A stretch of 64,000 nt of DNA, taken from Mizuhopecten yessoensis (taxonomy: Eukaryota). The DNA lies in assembly GCF_002113885.1 (NCBI RefSeq), contig NW_018407859.1, forward strand, positions 191,654 to 255,653, read 5' to 3'. This document shows, piece by piece, positions 26,078-37,730 of the stretch; the stretch's first letter is position 1, and each line of letters starts with the position of its first letter. The notes beneath the pieces were generated by a model. It saw nothing but the letters and a program-made list of their open reading frames with translations, did no database searches and was not told where the DNA came from. Both the position numbers and the translations under genes were made by a program.

Positions 26078-27660
26078 AGCTACCCTAGCTAGTACACCAG
26101 GGTTAGGTTAGTACCCCCTCTGATGTATCAGCTTTGTATTGTGTATGAGCTTCCCTAGTAGACCAGGGTTAGGGTACCGTAGTTCCCCATCTGGTGTATC
26201 AGCTTTGTATGGAGTATGAGCTACCCTAGTAGACCAGGGCTAGGTTAGTACCCCCTCTGATGTATCAGCTTTGGATGGTGTATGAGCTACCCTAGTAGAC
26301 AAGGGTTAGGTTAGTGCCCGCTCTGATGTATCAGCTTTGTATGGCGTATGAGCTACCCTAGTAGACCATGTTTAGGGTACCGTAGTTCCCCCTCTGGTGT
26401 ATCAGCTTTAAATGGTGTATGAGCTACTCTAGTAGACCAGGGTTGGGGTACCGTAGTTCCCCCTCTGATGTTATCCAAATTAAAAAATTGTTCAGTTCTT
26501 GCTCTGCAGACATATGGTGGATAAGCTACCCTAGCTAGTACACCAGGGTTAGGTTAGTTCCCCCTCTGATGTATCAGTTTCGTATGGTGTATGAGCTACC
26601 CTAGTAGACAAGGGTTAGGTTAGTGCCCGCTCTGATGTATCAGCTTTGTATGGTATATGAGCTACCCTAGTAGACCAGGGCTAGGTTAGTACCCCCTCTG
26701 ATGTATCAGCTTCGTATGGGGTATGAGCTACTCTAGTAGACCAGGGCTAGGTTAGTACCCCCTCTGATGTATCAGCTTCATATGGTGTATGAGCTACTCT
26801 AGTAGACCAGGGCTAGGTTAGTACCCCCTCTGATGTACCAGCTTTGTATGGTGTATGAGCTACTCTGGTAGACCAGGGTTAGGGTAGTACCCCCTCTGAT
26901 GTATCAGCTTCGTATGGTTTATGAGCTACCCTAGTAGACCAGGGATAGGTTAGTACTCCCTCTGATGCATCAGCTTTGTATGGTGTATGAGCTACCCAAG
27001 TAGACCAGGGTTAGGTTAGTACCCCCTCTGATGAATCAGCTTTGTATGGTGTATGAGTTACCCTAGTAGACCAGGGTTAGGTTATTACCCCCTCTGATGT
27101 ATCAGCTTTGGATGGTGTATGAGCTACCCTAGTAGACCGGGGTTAGGGTAGTACCCCCTCTGTTGTATCGACAGCTTCCTAGCCACAGATGGTTCTCTGC
27201 TGGCTAGGAAGCTGTCGATACAACAGAGGGGGTACTACCCTAACCCTGGTCTACTAGCGAAGCTCATACACCATACAAAGCTGGTACATCAGAGGGGGTA
27301 CTAACCTAACCCTGGTGTACTAGCTAGGGTTAGGTTAGTACCCCCTCTGAGGTATCAGCTTTGTATGGTGTATGAGCTCCCCTAGTAGACCAGGTTTAGG
27401 GTACCGTAGTTCCCCCTCTGATGTAGCAGCTTTGTATGGTGTATGAGCTAACCTAGTAGACCAGGGTTAGGTTAGTTCCCCCTCTGATGTATCAGCTTCG
27501 TATGGTGTATGGGCTGCCCTAGTAGACCAGGGTTAGGGTGGTTCCCCCTCTATTGTATCAGCTTTGTATGGTGTATAAGGTACTCTAGTAGACCAGGGTT
27601 AGGGTAGTACCCCCTCTGTTGTATCGACAGCTTCCTAGCCAGCAGAGAACCATCTGTGGT
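26078..27660. repeat. 66/69-bp minisatellite (about 20 units) with telomere-like GGGTTAGG motif, a duplicated left flank and an internal inversion (27183-27330)
   Basis: Unit tagtagaccagggttaggttagtaccccctctgatgtatcagctttgtatggtgtatgagctaccc. The reverse-complement block is directly visible. Confidence 0.97.
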
Positions 27661-28062
27661 TGAATACCAACATCACAATACAACAACATATCAGTGTACA
27701 TAGACATGCTGTTAGCACCCTGGTCCTTTGTTAAAGGTCTTGTAGCAAAATGTCAAATGGGAATATCAGAATGCTCAGTTTTATTTTTTTGTAACAGCAT
27801 GATAATAAATGGTCTGTTATCAAGTGTCTTTCTCTGAAGGAATTGTCATCGGTCTCAAGTTCTCCAAACATTGTGCAATAAACAATCCAGGTACAGTATA
27901 TCATTGAGACATGTATTAACGCTTTGTGTTTTTATACACAAACATATGCCACAAGCTGGCCTCAGTCACATGTTGAGAGCTATAGTAGATATATATACGT
28001 AGAATCTACACTTGTCAAAATCCAATGAATCAGATTTCTCCTCCTCCTGTTTTAAACAGATA

Positions 28063-28184
28063 CAAATAATCCTTCTGTTGGGAACAGATAGAGTCAAATA
28101 TTCCTTCTGTTGGGAACAGATAGAGTCAAATATTCCTAAATATTCCTTCTGTTGCGAACAGATAGAGTCAAATATTCCTTCTGT
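28063..28184. repeat. Tandem repeat of about 32 bp, 3-4 copies
   Basis: aacagatagagtcaaatattccttctgttggg. Confidence 0.85.
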
Positions 28185-30127
28185 TCTAAAAGTTTCAAAC
28201 TATGTTTGAGTTGGATACCCGTTGTTAACAGCTAATATGGTCCTCAGAAGGTAACGCCATCCGTATTAATTACATTACATAAAACATGGGACGTGGTGAT
28301 AACTCGAACAATGACGCACGACCAGACCTTGTTTACGGCAATGAATTTTTGTTTTTGCCTAGTTTTACAGCCAAAAACAGGCTGCTTCCTCGAGAAAAAT
28401 GGTCTCTATTCCCCCCTCCCACAAAAGAAAAAAACGAAGAATATCTCTCCACTTTGATAAAAAATAATAAAAATACATGTAATGCTATATTTTAATAATT
28501 GATGAAGAACAGGCTGTTGTAAACCTTTAAGTAGATGAAACACTATGGTATAAGTTTAGTCTGGAGACTGTAATGTGTATTAGTTACATGCTAATCCTGA
28601 CACAGTGTGGTAATTTATTCTGCACATGTATCATAATTAACCTAATTATGTACACACATGATGATAAGGGTGTGAACTCACTCAATATGTATTATGCAAG
28701 TACTACATCACAGGATAAAATGCTAATTTGATGATGTCTCATTATATTTAAATTTCATTGTTTACCAAGTTGATTGGCTGCGGACATTTACAGGATAGGT
28801 TATATATGTAAACTTTGACATTCAATCTGCTACAGGAATTTCTGAATGTCAGGAATTCTACCCTGCCAGATTGACAAAAGTGCACGAGAAAGACACTGTT
28901 TATGCCTTGTCAATAAAGGTTTCGTCAATTTAAATGTCTGAGTTTTATAGGATACTGTATGGTCAAAGATCACAGCAGACAATTGCAATCATAATAGAAT
29001 CTTGAATTCCGTTAGATGTTTTTATTTGCCGATACATTTGTATAGATTTCATCAAGGGGGGGCCACAAGGTATTCAATTGACCAGAAAAGTATAAGGTAC
29101 TCACTGAACCAATAGTGTAGTGGAGTTTCATTTTACGCCATTATTGAGCTGTCTCTGATCATTACACAAGGTTTTACATAATCAGCTTGGGGTATCTTGT
29201 ATTTTGTAGGTCACAAAGGTCATATCATTGCACAAGTTTTTATGTAATCAGCCTGGTATCTGTGTGTTTTGTTGACCTCTCTGTTCATCTGTTGACACTG
29301 TCGGAGGGTTCAGTTAACGAGTAGTCATGCATCTATTTAGGGTGACATAAACAGTAGTTTGTTAGTGAGGCAACAACTACAAATCTCTGTACAGATGTCA
29401 TTATCAGGATCAAAGCTAGACGAGTTAACGAGATGTGATATTTGGTGGGTCTTTTATCTACCCCCAGAACCATCTGGTCACCTTTTGACAGTCATGAAGC
29501 CACAAAGAATGCACACTTATATAAATTTTATCATGTCTGTTGTAAAAAATGCTGGCGATAGCAACTGCAGCAGATCGTTTTACTTTCAGAGATTCTTGTC
29601 AAGTCCAACAGTTTTTTTATGAGCTGGTTAGGAAAACAGTAGTTACTGCATTGTTAACAGTTATCTCTGGAGAGACTGACACATTTTGGTCCTGATCACA
29701 CCGAAGTTTGATTTGAGTATTGAAATGTGCTTTTTGTTAAGTGTTAAATGATTTTCTTTGAAGACACAGGAAGATACATTTGTGTATTCCCATAGAGTAT
29801 ACTTAGAGGGAATTCAAATTTCAATTTCAATGTACAGTTGTTATATACCTATATACAACACTTTTCAGCATCATGTGAATGTTTGTCAAGTAGAAAAACT
29901 TAAATGAAAATGAGTCACTAAAAAGTTCTCTTCTTGTCAACATATTAAACGGACAACTTGACTCGACTCGTATTCAAGGACTTGGTATATATAGCATTAT
30001 ATACAGCTTTTTTACGATTTAAATCACTATTTGTTATTAATAAGAACAACACAATATGTCTAAATAAAGAAACAGCTGAACGAATTTGTAAAAAAAAATA
30101 ACCCTTATAGATGAAAATCTAGAAAAT

Positions 30128-30260
30128 AATACTGTTTCTGGAGTCCATTGGTTTATATTCAAGTTGATAAACGTGCAGACTTCAATTATTATACAAAGAT
30201 AGAGGAAGGCTTTGTGTCTGGCCATTTAAACATCACTAGTTATTGTACCAGCAGTATATA
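30128..30260 (+). repeat. Dispersed direct repeat of about 130 bp, copy 1
   Basis: About 90% identical by eye to 30892-31019. Confidence 0.9.
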
Positions 30261-30891
30261 CGCATTACGCAAAACATTTCCAGGCAATGCTGTCATGTTG
30301 TTATATAAGGACTACAACAGTTTATATTGATTTTGAAGTCATTGATTTTAGAAAACTTGTAGGGGGGTGTAAAGTTGTGGTGTTCTATAGAATACATTTG
30401 TATGACTTGATGGGTCGATCAGTAAAAACCTATAAGGTTCCTATAAATAGCCAGCCTTATCAGCTGGAAACTGTACATTATCACAATGTATAGGTTTGGG
30501 AGGGTTACATGGTATCGTGTAATAACCAAATCATTGCTGATACTGGAGTAACTAGCGTCAATGGAACACCATGCTATACCTCTATGTATTGGGAACCATA
30601 AAGGGGCCAGAACACCTGAAGCCTGAAGGTGTCTTGTATAGGGAGTACCTGTGGTATAATGTCTACAAAGGGGTGTCCATGATTTATAGGTCATGTTTTA
30701 CCCTAGAATGGAAGGGAATGAAGTGTATCTAGATCAAGAAATGATGAATTGGGTAGGTTATACACCACGATATCACACGGGACCTGTCATTTTGGTATGT
30801 TCAATGTACACAAAGACATCATTTATCCGGAACATATTAAAAATGCTGTTATCAAAGAAATGTTCATCTTTAAAATCTCATTATGATTTCA

Positions 30892-31019
30892 AATATTGTT
30901 TCTGGAGTCCATTGGTTTATATGAGTTGATAAACCAGACTTGAATTATTATACAAAGATAGAGGAAGGTTTTGCGTCTGGCTGTTTAAATATCACTAGTT
31001 ATTGTACCAGCAGTATATA
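30892..31019 (+). repeat. Dispersed direct repeat of about 130 bp, copy 2
   Basis: tgtttctggagtccattggtttatat...ttattgtaccagcagtatata shared with 30128-30260. Confidence 0.9.
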
Positions 31020-31090
31020 AGGTAACACTTGGATACAATGGACCAGTTATCATTTAACTCAGTATTATCACAAACGTATTTCTTATCATT

Positions 31091-31326
31091 ATATAAAAGT
31101 TATAATATATTTTAAAACAATTATGAAACAAGCCATTTCAACTTATATTAATCACTCTTGTTAGCCTGTATGTTAGTGTGCGGAGGTCTTAATGTGGGAG
31201 GAAACCGGAGAAAACCTACATGGTCGGTGACCCCATACCTTTTCACATCCGATCAGGGAATCGAACCCCAGTCACATTGGTTAAAAGCAGGTGCGCTATC
31301 CATAATCCACTGTGCCACCTGACCAC
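31091..31326 (-). mobile_element. tRNA-derived SINE with V/Meta-type core
   Basis: Minus strand: ggtggcacagtgg (A box), ggttcgattccc (B box), core ggttttctccggtttcctcccac, AT-rich tail. Homologous over its length to 61393-61625. Confidence 0.85.
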
Positions 31327-33544
31327 TTATAATTTATAACTGTTGCCTTATATGGTTATCATAGTTATTTTTCAGTTTTCGGTTGCAGGATGTTGCATGA
31401 GTGCATAATATTTACCGTGTTGTCTAATGACATTTCCCTATGTTCTCTGTTGTAGGTAATATAAGGCGTGATGGTGTAATCATGACAGCCGTGGAGTGGT
31501 AATGGAATGACTTCAATATTCGAGAACATGTACAGAAATTGATACTCCCACGTATTGCGTGACGATCCGAAGGACATGCTCCAATCTTGTAATGTTATGG
31601 TGCGTATCAATAGGAACAGGAAGTGTAAATTTCAACTAACACTCGTATAACTGTAAACTACATGACCCCATCCATATCTAGCTATACTATACCAGACATA
31701 GGTTGTATTATAGGATATATTGGACAGGATAGTTTATATAGATTATAGATTTCATGTGGTATTTAATTTTTCATGAATTCTCATATAGCATTGATCGTTT
31801 AAACAACATGAGCATTTAGCAATATGCAATGATAGTAATTATCTAAATAAATATGGGAAGGTTAGTTTGCAAAAAATAAATACAAAGAAGTAATTTAGAG
31901 TAAGCATTAATTTCATGGCTCTGTTGTTAGTCCCTTATATAGTCAATAAGTATCACTAACAGGGACTAGAGGTTTACACTGTGCCATCTAAGTTAGTACT
32001 TAATTGGATGATAGAGTGTTGCTAACTAAAATTGGGACTCCTGCCCTGCTATATACAGAGTTGTAGCCCTTCGTTCATTTTCTATACCATTGCCGTGTTT
32101 GTCAAAGGGTGGGGACTATGGATTGTTCTCAATAGTTTACGTGTTTTTGTGATTTTGCTGCATGATTTACATGAGAGTATTTTACAACCTGTTGATGAAG
32201 GGCACCGTATTTAGGAAAGTATATAATCTTACAACCGGTCGACGGCCCGATAAAGAGTGATAAGTATTCTAGGAAGGTGTGTTACAGTCTAAAGAGTATT
32301 TAGGAAGGTTTCGTACAGATTTTGTGAGGATATGTGTCTGGATTTTTCTCTTAGTCTACATGAATATGAATATGCCGGTTGACATAAATGGACCCCTATA
32401 TATTAAGATAGATATCTTGCTGGCTTAATTTATGGTGGTCTATTTTACAGGAGAGTTCTATATTATAAAAAGTATGTTTTTAAGTATATTTAGGTATTAT
32501 CAGTATGACCTTACGGTGGTGACCTGGTCGTTAGATTGTCAGTCGATAACATTTGTACTGGTTAATGTTTTACAGTCCATTAACTTAACCATAGGCTTGG
32601 GAGACATAGAGGAAAGATAAAACTAATATAGGGGCTAATTAACACACTCAATTAGCTTCAAAACAAACTTACGCCACATAAAATATGGTCAGGACACTTC
32701 AACACATGCCACAAACGAAATCAATTGAACACAATTATACAACCGAAAAAAACTAATTGTTCAAATGAGAATGTATTGTTTAAATGACTTTACCCGGTTG
32801 TTCTTCAGAATTCTTTGAACAAAAAGAGGAATTAAGCTATTAGAGGTCAACTCACTTACCTACAGGACCCATTAAGTGTTTAAAATCTACTTGAGGAATC
32901 TATTAGATGTGCAGGGATGAGTTGTTGGAGGGTTTCTTAGATGTGTGTAAAAGACATTTTAGATATTCTCTGGAGCACGCACATTAAAAAAAATGCAACA
33001 TATTTCGAAATGGTTGTCGTAAGTAGATTGACATGGCGGAAAACCCTACTTGAGACAAGCTGGTTTTTGTGCCCATTACAGAAAGTATTTTTCATCATCA
33101 GAACAATTGATATGGCAGCACTGCATTGTACTAACTATCTTGTGGTGTAGATGGGAGGAGATCCTGGTGTCACAGGACACACAGGATGCTGATCTTGTTG
33201 GTGGTGACATACAGACGGACAATAACGGCACTGACAGACTGTGCCTATACCTATCCTGTAGCCCTGTTAGGACTGACCAATCTTAAACATCCTGTACCAC
33301 AGTTGAAGACTGCCCATCTGCTAACATTGAGTGTTATTGATGAAGCAGAAGAGGCTGACCCTTCCAGAACATTTAGTCCATTTTTTTTCATTTTTCAAGG
33401 GATTCATTTGTTCCTTATTTGCCCTAGTTTTGTAAATGTTTACTTCACACTTTTGTGGACATTTCAGTATTCTTTTGTTGTTCCTTATCTCTGGGTGTCT
33501 GAAAGAAATGGTTTCTAGATGTTTACTTTGAAACAATAAATCTG

Positions 33545-33930
33545 TGTTAACCACACTTGGTGAATGATGTCCTGAGGGGAAGGGGAAAAGTCTATGGATT
33601 TTGGTGTCACTTAGCCAACGGTCAAGGTCACAGTGCCAACAAGTATACTAAAATGTGGGAAAAGTAGGTTTTTGGATGCTATATCTTGAACGGTCCACCA
33701 GACCTAAAACAGTCCTGGATGTCTGATGCCCTTGGAAAGAGGAAGATCCCTAATAGTTTTGGAGATGCAAGGTCAAAGGTCATGGTCAGAAAAGCTATAA
33801 ATGGGTTGAAAATTTGTTGAAATATTGATTTTCGGATAGTATTTCTTAAAAAATACATCAGATATAAAACTAACTTATCTCTATTGATTTTGGGGTTTCT
33901 AGACGACAAATGAAGGTCAAAGCGGCTCTA
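33545..33930 (+). mobile_element. Degraded HINE/pearl-like element with central repeats of about 150 bp
   Basis: Repeated pattern ...aaagaggaagatccct..attgattttggggt...ggtcaaaggtca(a/t)ggtca at about 33620, 33772 and 33915. Confidence 0.6.
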
Positions 33931-35071
33931 AACAAACTAATTTCTTTAAGATATTTGTTTCTGGAATCCATTTTTTTTTAATTTTCGAGCTATCTAATTG
34001 AGCACAGAAAGAAAAGGAGATATCAAATTGTGTTTATATGGATATGCTATCTATCCATTTATCAGTGCATTTTAATAGCTATGTCCACATGGTATTTTGA
34101 TATAGAGAAAAAAAGTGTCAAAACAATTGTGTGGGGGAAATATGTCTGGTGATGTGGCCAGCCTCCTAACCTAAGGTGTGTGTGTTACTGTTGTAGTAGA
34201 CAGGGAACTTGTTGACATTTTATTGCATAGCAGTACAGCAGTGTTTTAGATAGCACCAGAAAGATGATTCCTTTTGTGTAGTGTCTGAAACAAGTTTTGA
34301 AATGCCAAACCACTACAGTGTATATATGATATTCATTGAGTGCTAACAAGTACTGAAATGATACGTTAGCAGACAGCCTATCCAACAGTCTATGGTTATT
34401 ACAGCATTGAGTCTTCCGTAAAATATTTCAGTTTCCCTTTTGCACAATTGTACAGACCAATGGCTGTATATCATCTATCCAAGCTTTTCCCCTCATTTCC
34501 TTTTGGTTTAACTGGGGAGGTTCTGCTGTCATAAATGAACTGCAGTTCTCCTCAGTTAAAACTTTTCTTCCCAAATATTAATTCAGACAACTGACCAACC
34601 CTCCAATAGTCTATAACTGGTTGTTGAGTGGGCATTGTTGACTTGTCCTCAAAATCAAGGAGTTAAGCTTTCAATATAAATATCTTTTCTGCACCCTTGG
34701 TTCGTGTCAAGACAAAATTGAAGGCTCACGATTAGCATTGTGATTGGATTCAGATATGAAAATAACTGACAGATCACTAGCCTGATAAATGTCCTTTGAA
34801 GAGTATAAGGAACTATTCCCAAATCAAGGGCAATCAATCTTGTTATGCTGCAGCACAATTCCTTTTATATATATCAAAGAGATCACAGGTATGCAGGATT
34901 TTGTAACAGATTTCAGACTAGTCAAATCTATCAAGATGTTGTATACCGAGACTTTAGATATGTCACAACATATTCCAAGGGTGTGAAGAACATCTATATA
35001 TCAAGAATGGAACCTTGGATTTTGAAGATGTTTTCTGTATGAGCTGTATGCTCCAAATGACATAAAACATT

Positions 35072-35215
35072 CTATATAAGAGTGACCTTGGAAATGCTGT
35101 ATATGCTCAGAATGACCTTGGACATCCTATATATACTCCAAATGACCTTGGACATGTTGTATATGTTCAAAATGACCTTGGATATTAATTCTATATATGC
35201 TCCAAGTGACCTTGG
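35072..35215. repeat. Degenerate tandem repeat of about 30 bp, about 5 copies
   Basis: ctatatatgctccaaatgaccttgga(c/a)at recurring; explains the repetitive ORFs at 35072-35435. Confidence 0.85.
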
Positions 35216-37514
35216 ATGGTTTGATAGTGCAACTGATGATGGAACTTTTACATACTCTGCTGTATATGTTCTCATTAAAACTAACCAGTATCCTCTTATT
35301 CCCGCCCTGAAGAGGCTTCAGACGACCTTGATTAGTTACAGCCTTGGTTGTTTTGTTATTTTGTTTCTTTTGATTATAAAAGTAATTTGAAATTCTTAAT
35401 AGATTTTCCCTGAACAAATAAAAAAAAAAAATCAAGATATTCTATTGTGTCATTGAGGAAGATGTTTCCAATAGTAAGTAGCATTGTATATATATATATA
35501 TCTTAATGGAGAAAGATGCTGAAACCACTCTTTCCCGTAATAGGTATGTACATCTTGATATCCTGCAATCTTTGTATCATCCTTATTTTTACATAACCAA
35601 GATATTTATAAAAAGATTGTAGTGTTTTCTTTGCCAATAAACATATGTTAGTAGACTATTGCTGTAGCCCTCCCCTGTCTACAACCATGGACCAAATATA
35701 ATTAATTACTGTCCTAGTGTGATAATGACATTTCTAGTCCTCACATCATGTTTTATCAGTTTTCTACATCTCCTGGCTCTATAGCTTTTTCACGACTGTC
35801 ATAATTTCAAAAGAACAAGTAAAAAGGAAACGTCTCTGATTGTGTGACAGAATTTTATCTCCAGAAGGTTTGAAGGGTGGAGAGCAGTGTGAAAGACTCG
35901 CCGAAATTTTGATTGCAGCTTTAAGAATGGCAATGTCAATCAACTTACAATAACATTTGCTTGATGAAATTATTTAAACAGCATTTGATTTGGCGGCGTC
36001 TTGAAGTGTTAGAACTGAGAGAACATGATAGTTGGATGTTCTGATAAGTTAGAACAAAGGCCAGTGGTGTGTGTGTTCAGGTTTGGCTGACACCTTGTAA
36101 CACCAAGCCTAAGGCCTTCTCTTGTTAAAGCATTTAGGTTTAATCTTGCATACTCTGGTTTTCTGATTCCATAATATGATAAGCTGGAAGGAAAAAACAA
36201 TTTAAGTTTAAAGAATTTAGTTATAAACCTTTGGGGGACATGTAAAGGCTCGAGAGAACAGCATGGTGAGACTTTTTGTATTCATTCAGGATTATCAGTA
36301 CGTACTAGCCATGATTTACAGTTTGTTTACATGTACTGCATTCAACTGTTCACAGTTTCAATGATACTTTGCAGTTACCTATAGTTAAAACTTTGGTGTA
36401 GCGGAAAGATACAGGGGTTGTAGACGTAAGCAGTAGAGTTAGGTTGTGTTGATGCCATGTAAGCAAATCTTCTTGAAGTTAGCTGTCTTATTAAGACTAC
36501 ATAGTGATTTTCCTGATTTTAATGTTTCACTAGCATGCTGGTAGTAATAAAGTACACATGTATACGCTGCACACCAAGCGCAGTGCCACTCCTATATCTG
36601 TACATGTAGCACTCAGCAGTTTTGTGATGGTGTCATACAGACATTAGAATTCCAGGCTAATATCTGCTTGGCACCGATGTTTAAAAATATGGGTGTCTCC
36701 GGGACGTCAGTTGTGATGTTATACTTGCAGGTGCTTGTTGCAGAATGTGTGCATCTCATTTACTCAAAATGATGTGATGTTTTGTATTACAGTGGCAATG
36801 GTTAGCCAGATATGCTGAACATGTTCATTAGAATCCCTACATTCGGTGCTTTGTCTTCAGTGTGGTGGAAAAAACGCACGACCATAACATTCATGTTTTA
36901 TAGTATAATAACAGGCTATTATAGGTAGGAATGTTTATGGGTGTTGTTCGGAACCACTGCTGTTAGAACTACGTTTGTAAACATTCTAAAGTTTTGTTAA
37001 TTTCCCTGTTAATAAATGGTCCTGATGAAGTCTCCATCCGGTGTTTTGACATGGACTGATATCTGTCAAAAGTGAAGTGGTAGGTAGTGTATATAGGTAC
37101 TTGTCTGGTCTCCCACACATGTGGACATCCTCTCATTAGTCAGAGGACCAATGACAGACTAACTCGGATGACAGACCCGTGAAATATGGGGAATAGAGTC
37201 TAAGGTTAGTTACTGTTACATAGAAAATCTACAGTTACATTGTGTTGTATCCTAATAATTATGGTGGGACATTTCCATGCATAGATAACCTTTGATCATA
37301 TCAGTAATGTTTATAATGTTTTAGTTTATTATAGTTATGTCAATTATTATGTTTGAAAATGTCATAACAGCAGACTGGGCCTGGTTTCGCTGATGACCTA
37401 CTTGATCTGGTAAAAGTCATATACATAATTTAGGTCATTTTGAGCTATAATCACAACATCATTGGGGATATTTCAATAGAATTTCAACAGTTTGTGTTTT
37501 GTTGTTTTTCACAG

Positions 37515-37591
37515 ATACCCACTGGATAACTACCTAGGATTAAACGAAGAGGAACAATATTTTATTCCAAACACCAGGACATATTTTCAGG
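37515..37591 (+). other. 5'UTR part of the same exon
   Basis: Strong T-rich acceptor tttgtgttttgttgtttttcacag| ending at 37514. A second possible acceptor atattttcag| ends at 37590, one base before the ATG. Confidence 0.6.
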
Positions 37592-37730
37592 ATGGATGAA
37601 TCAAGGACTTGTAGATTAACAGGCAGACTTATTCGCTGTGAAGTGGTTCTGTTCTTCACAATGCTGTGGGCTATTTTGCCTTATTCTGGTACTATGGTAT
37701 TAACAACGTGTGGAAATTTACATCCCCAAG
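37592..37730 (+). CDS. First coding exon of an unidentified secreted or type-I membrane protein (signal-peptide-like): MDESRTCRLTGRLIRCEVVLFFTMLWAILPYSGTMVLTTCGNLHPQ + 1 nt (phase 1)
   Basis: ATG in good Kozak context (CAGG-ATG-G) with an in-frame upstream stop (TAG). 139-nt open frame ending at a strong donor CAAG|GTAAGT (37730/37731). Arg-rich N-region followed by a hydrophobic core VVLFFTMLWAIL. Too short for the supplied ORF track. Identity not determinable from the sequence. Confidence 0.7.

Noticed and set aside
26078-27660. CRISPR array or interstitial telomere
   Set aside because: Units are contiguous with no unique spacers and there are no cas genes; only 1-2 TTAGG(G) per 66 bp.
31463-31610. 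Coding-looking CpG-containing stretch (RRDGVIMTAVEW*WNDFNIREHVQKLILPRI), vaguely BACK-domain-like
   Set aside because: In-frame stop, wrong motif spacing and no donor; too weak.
37022-37065. Hammerhead ribozyme (CTGATGA-agtc...gact-GATA)
   Set aside because: The required GAAA is GATA, and no stems I/III or cleavage triplet were found.
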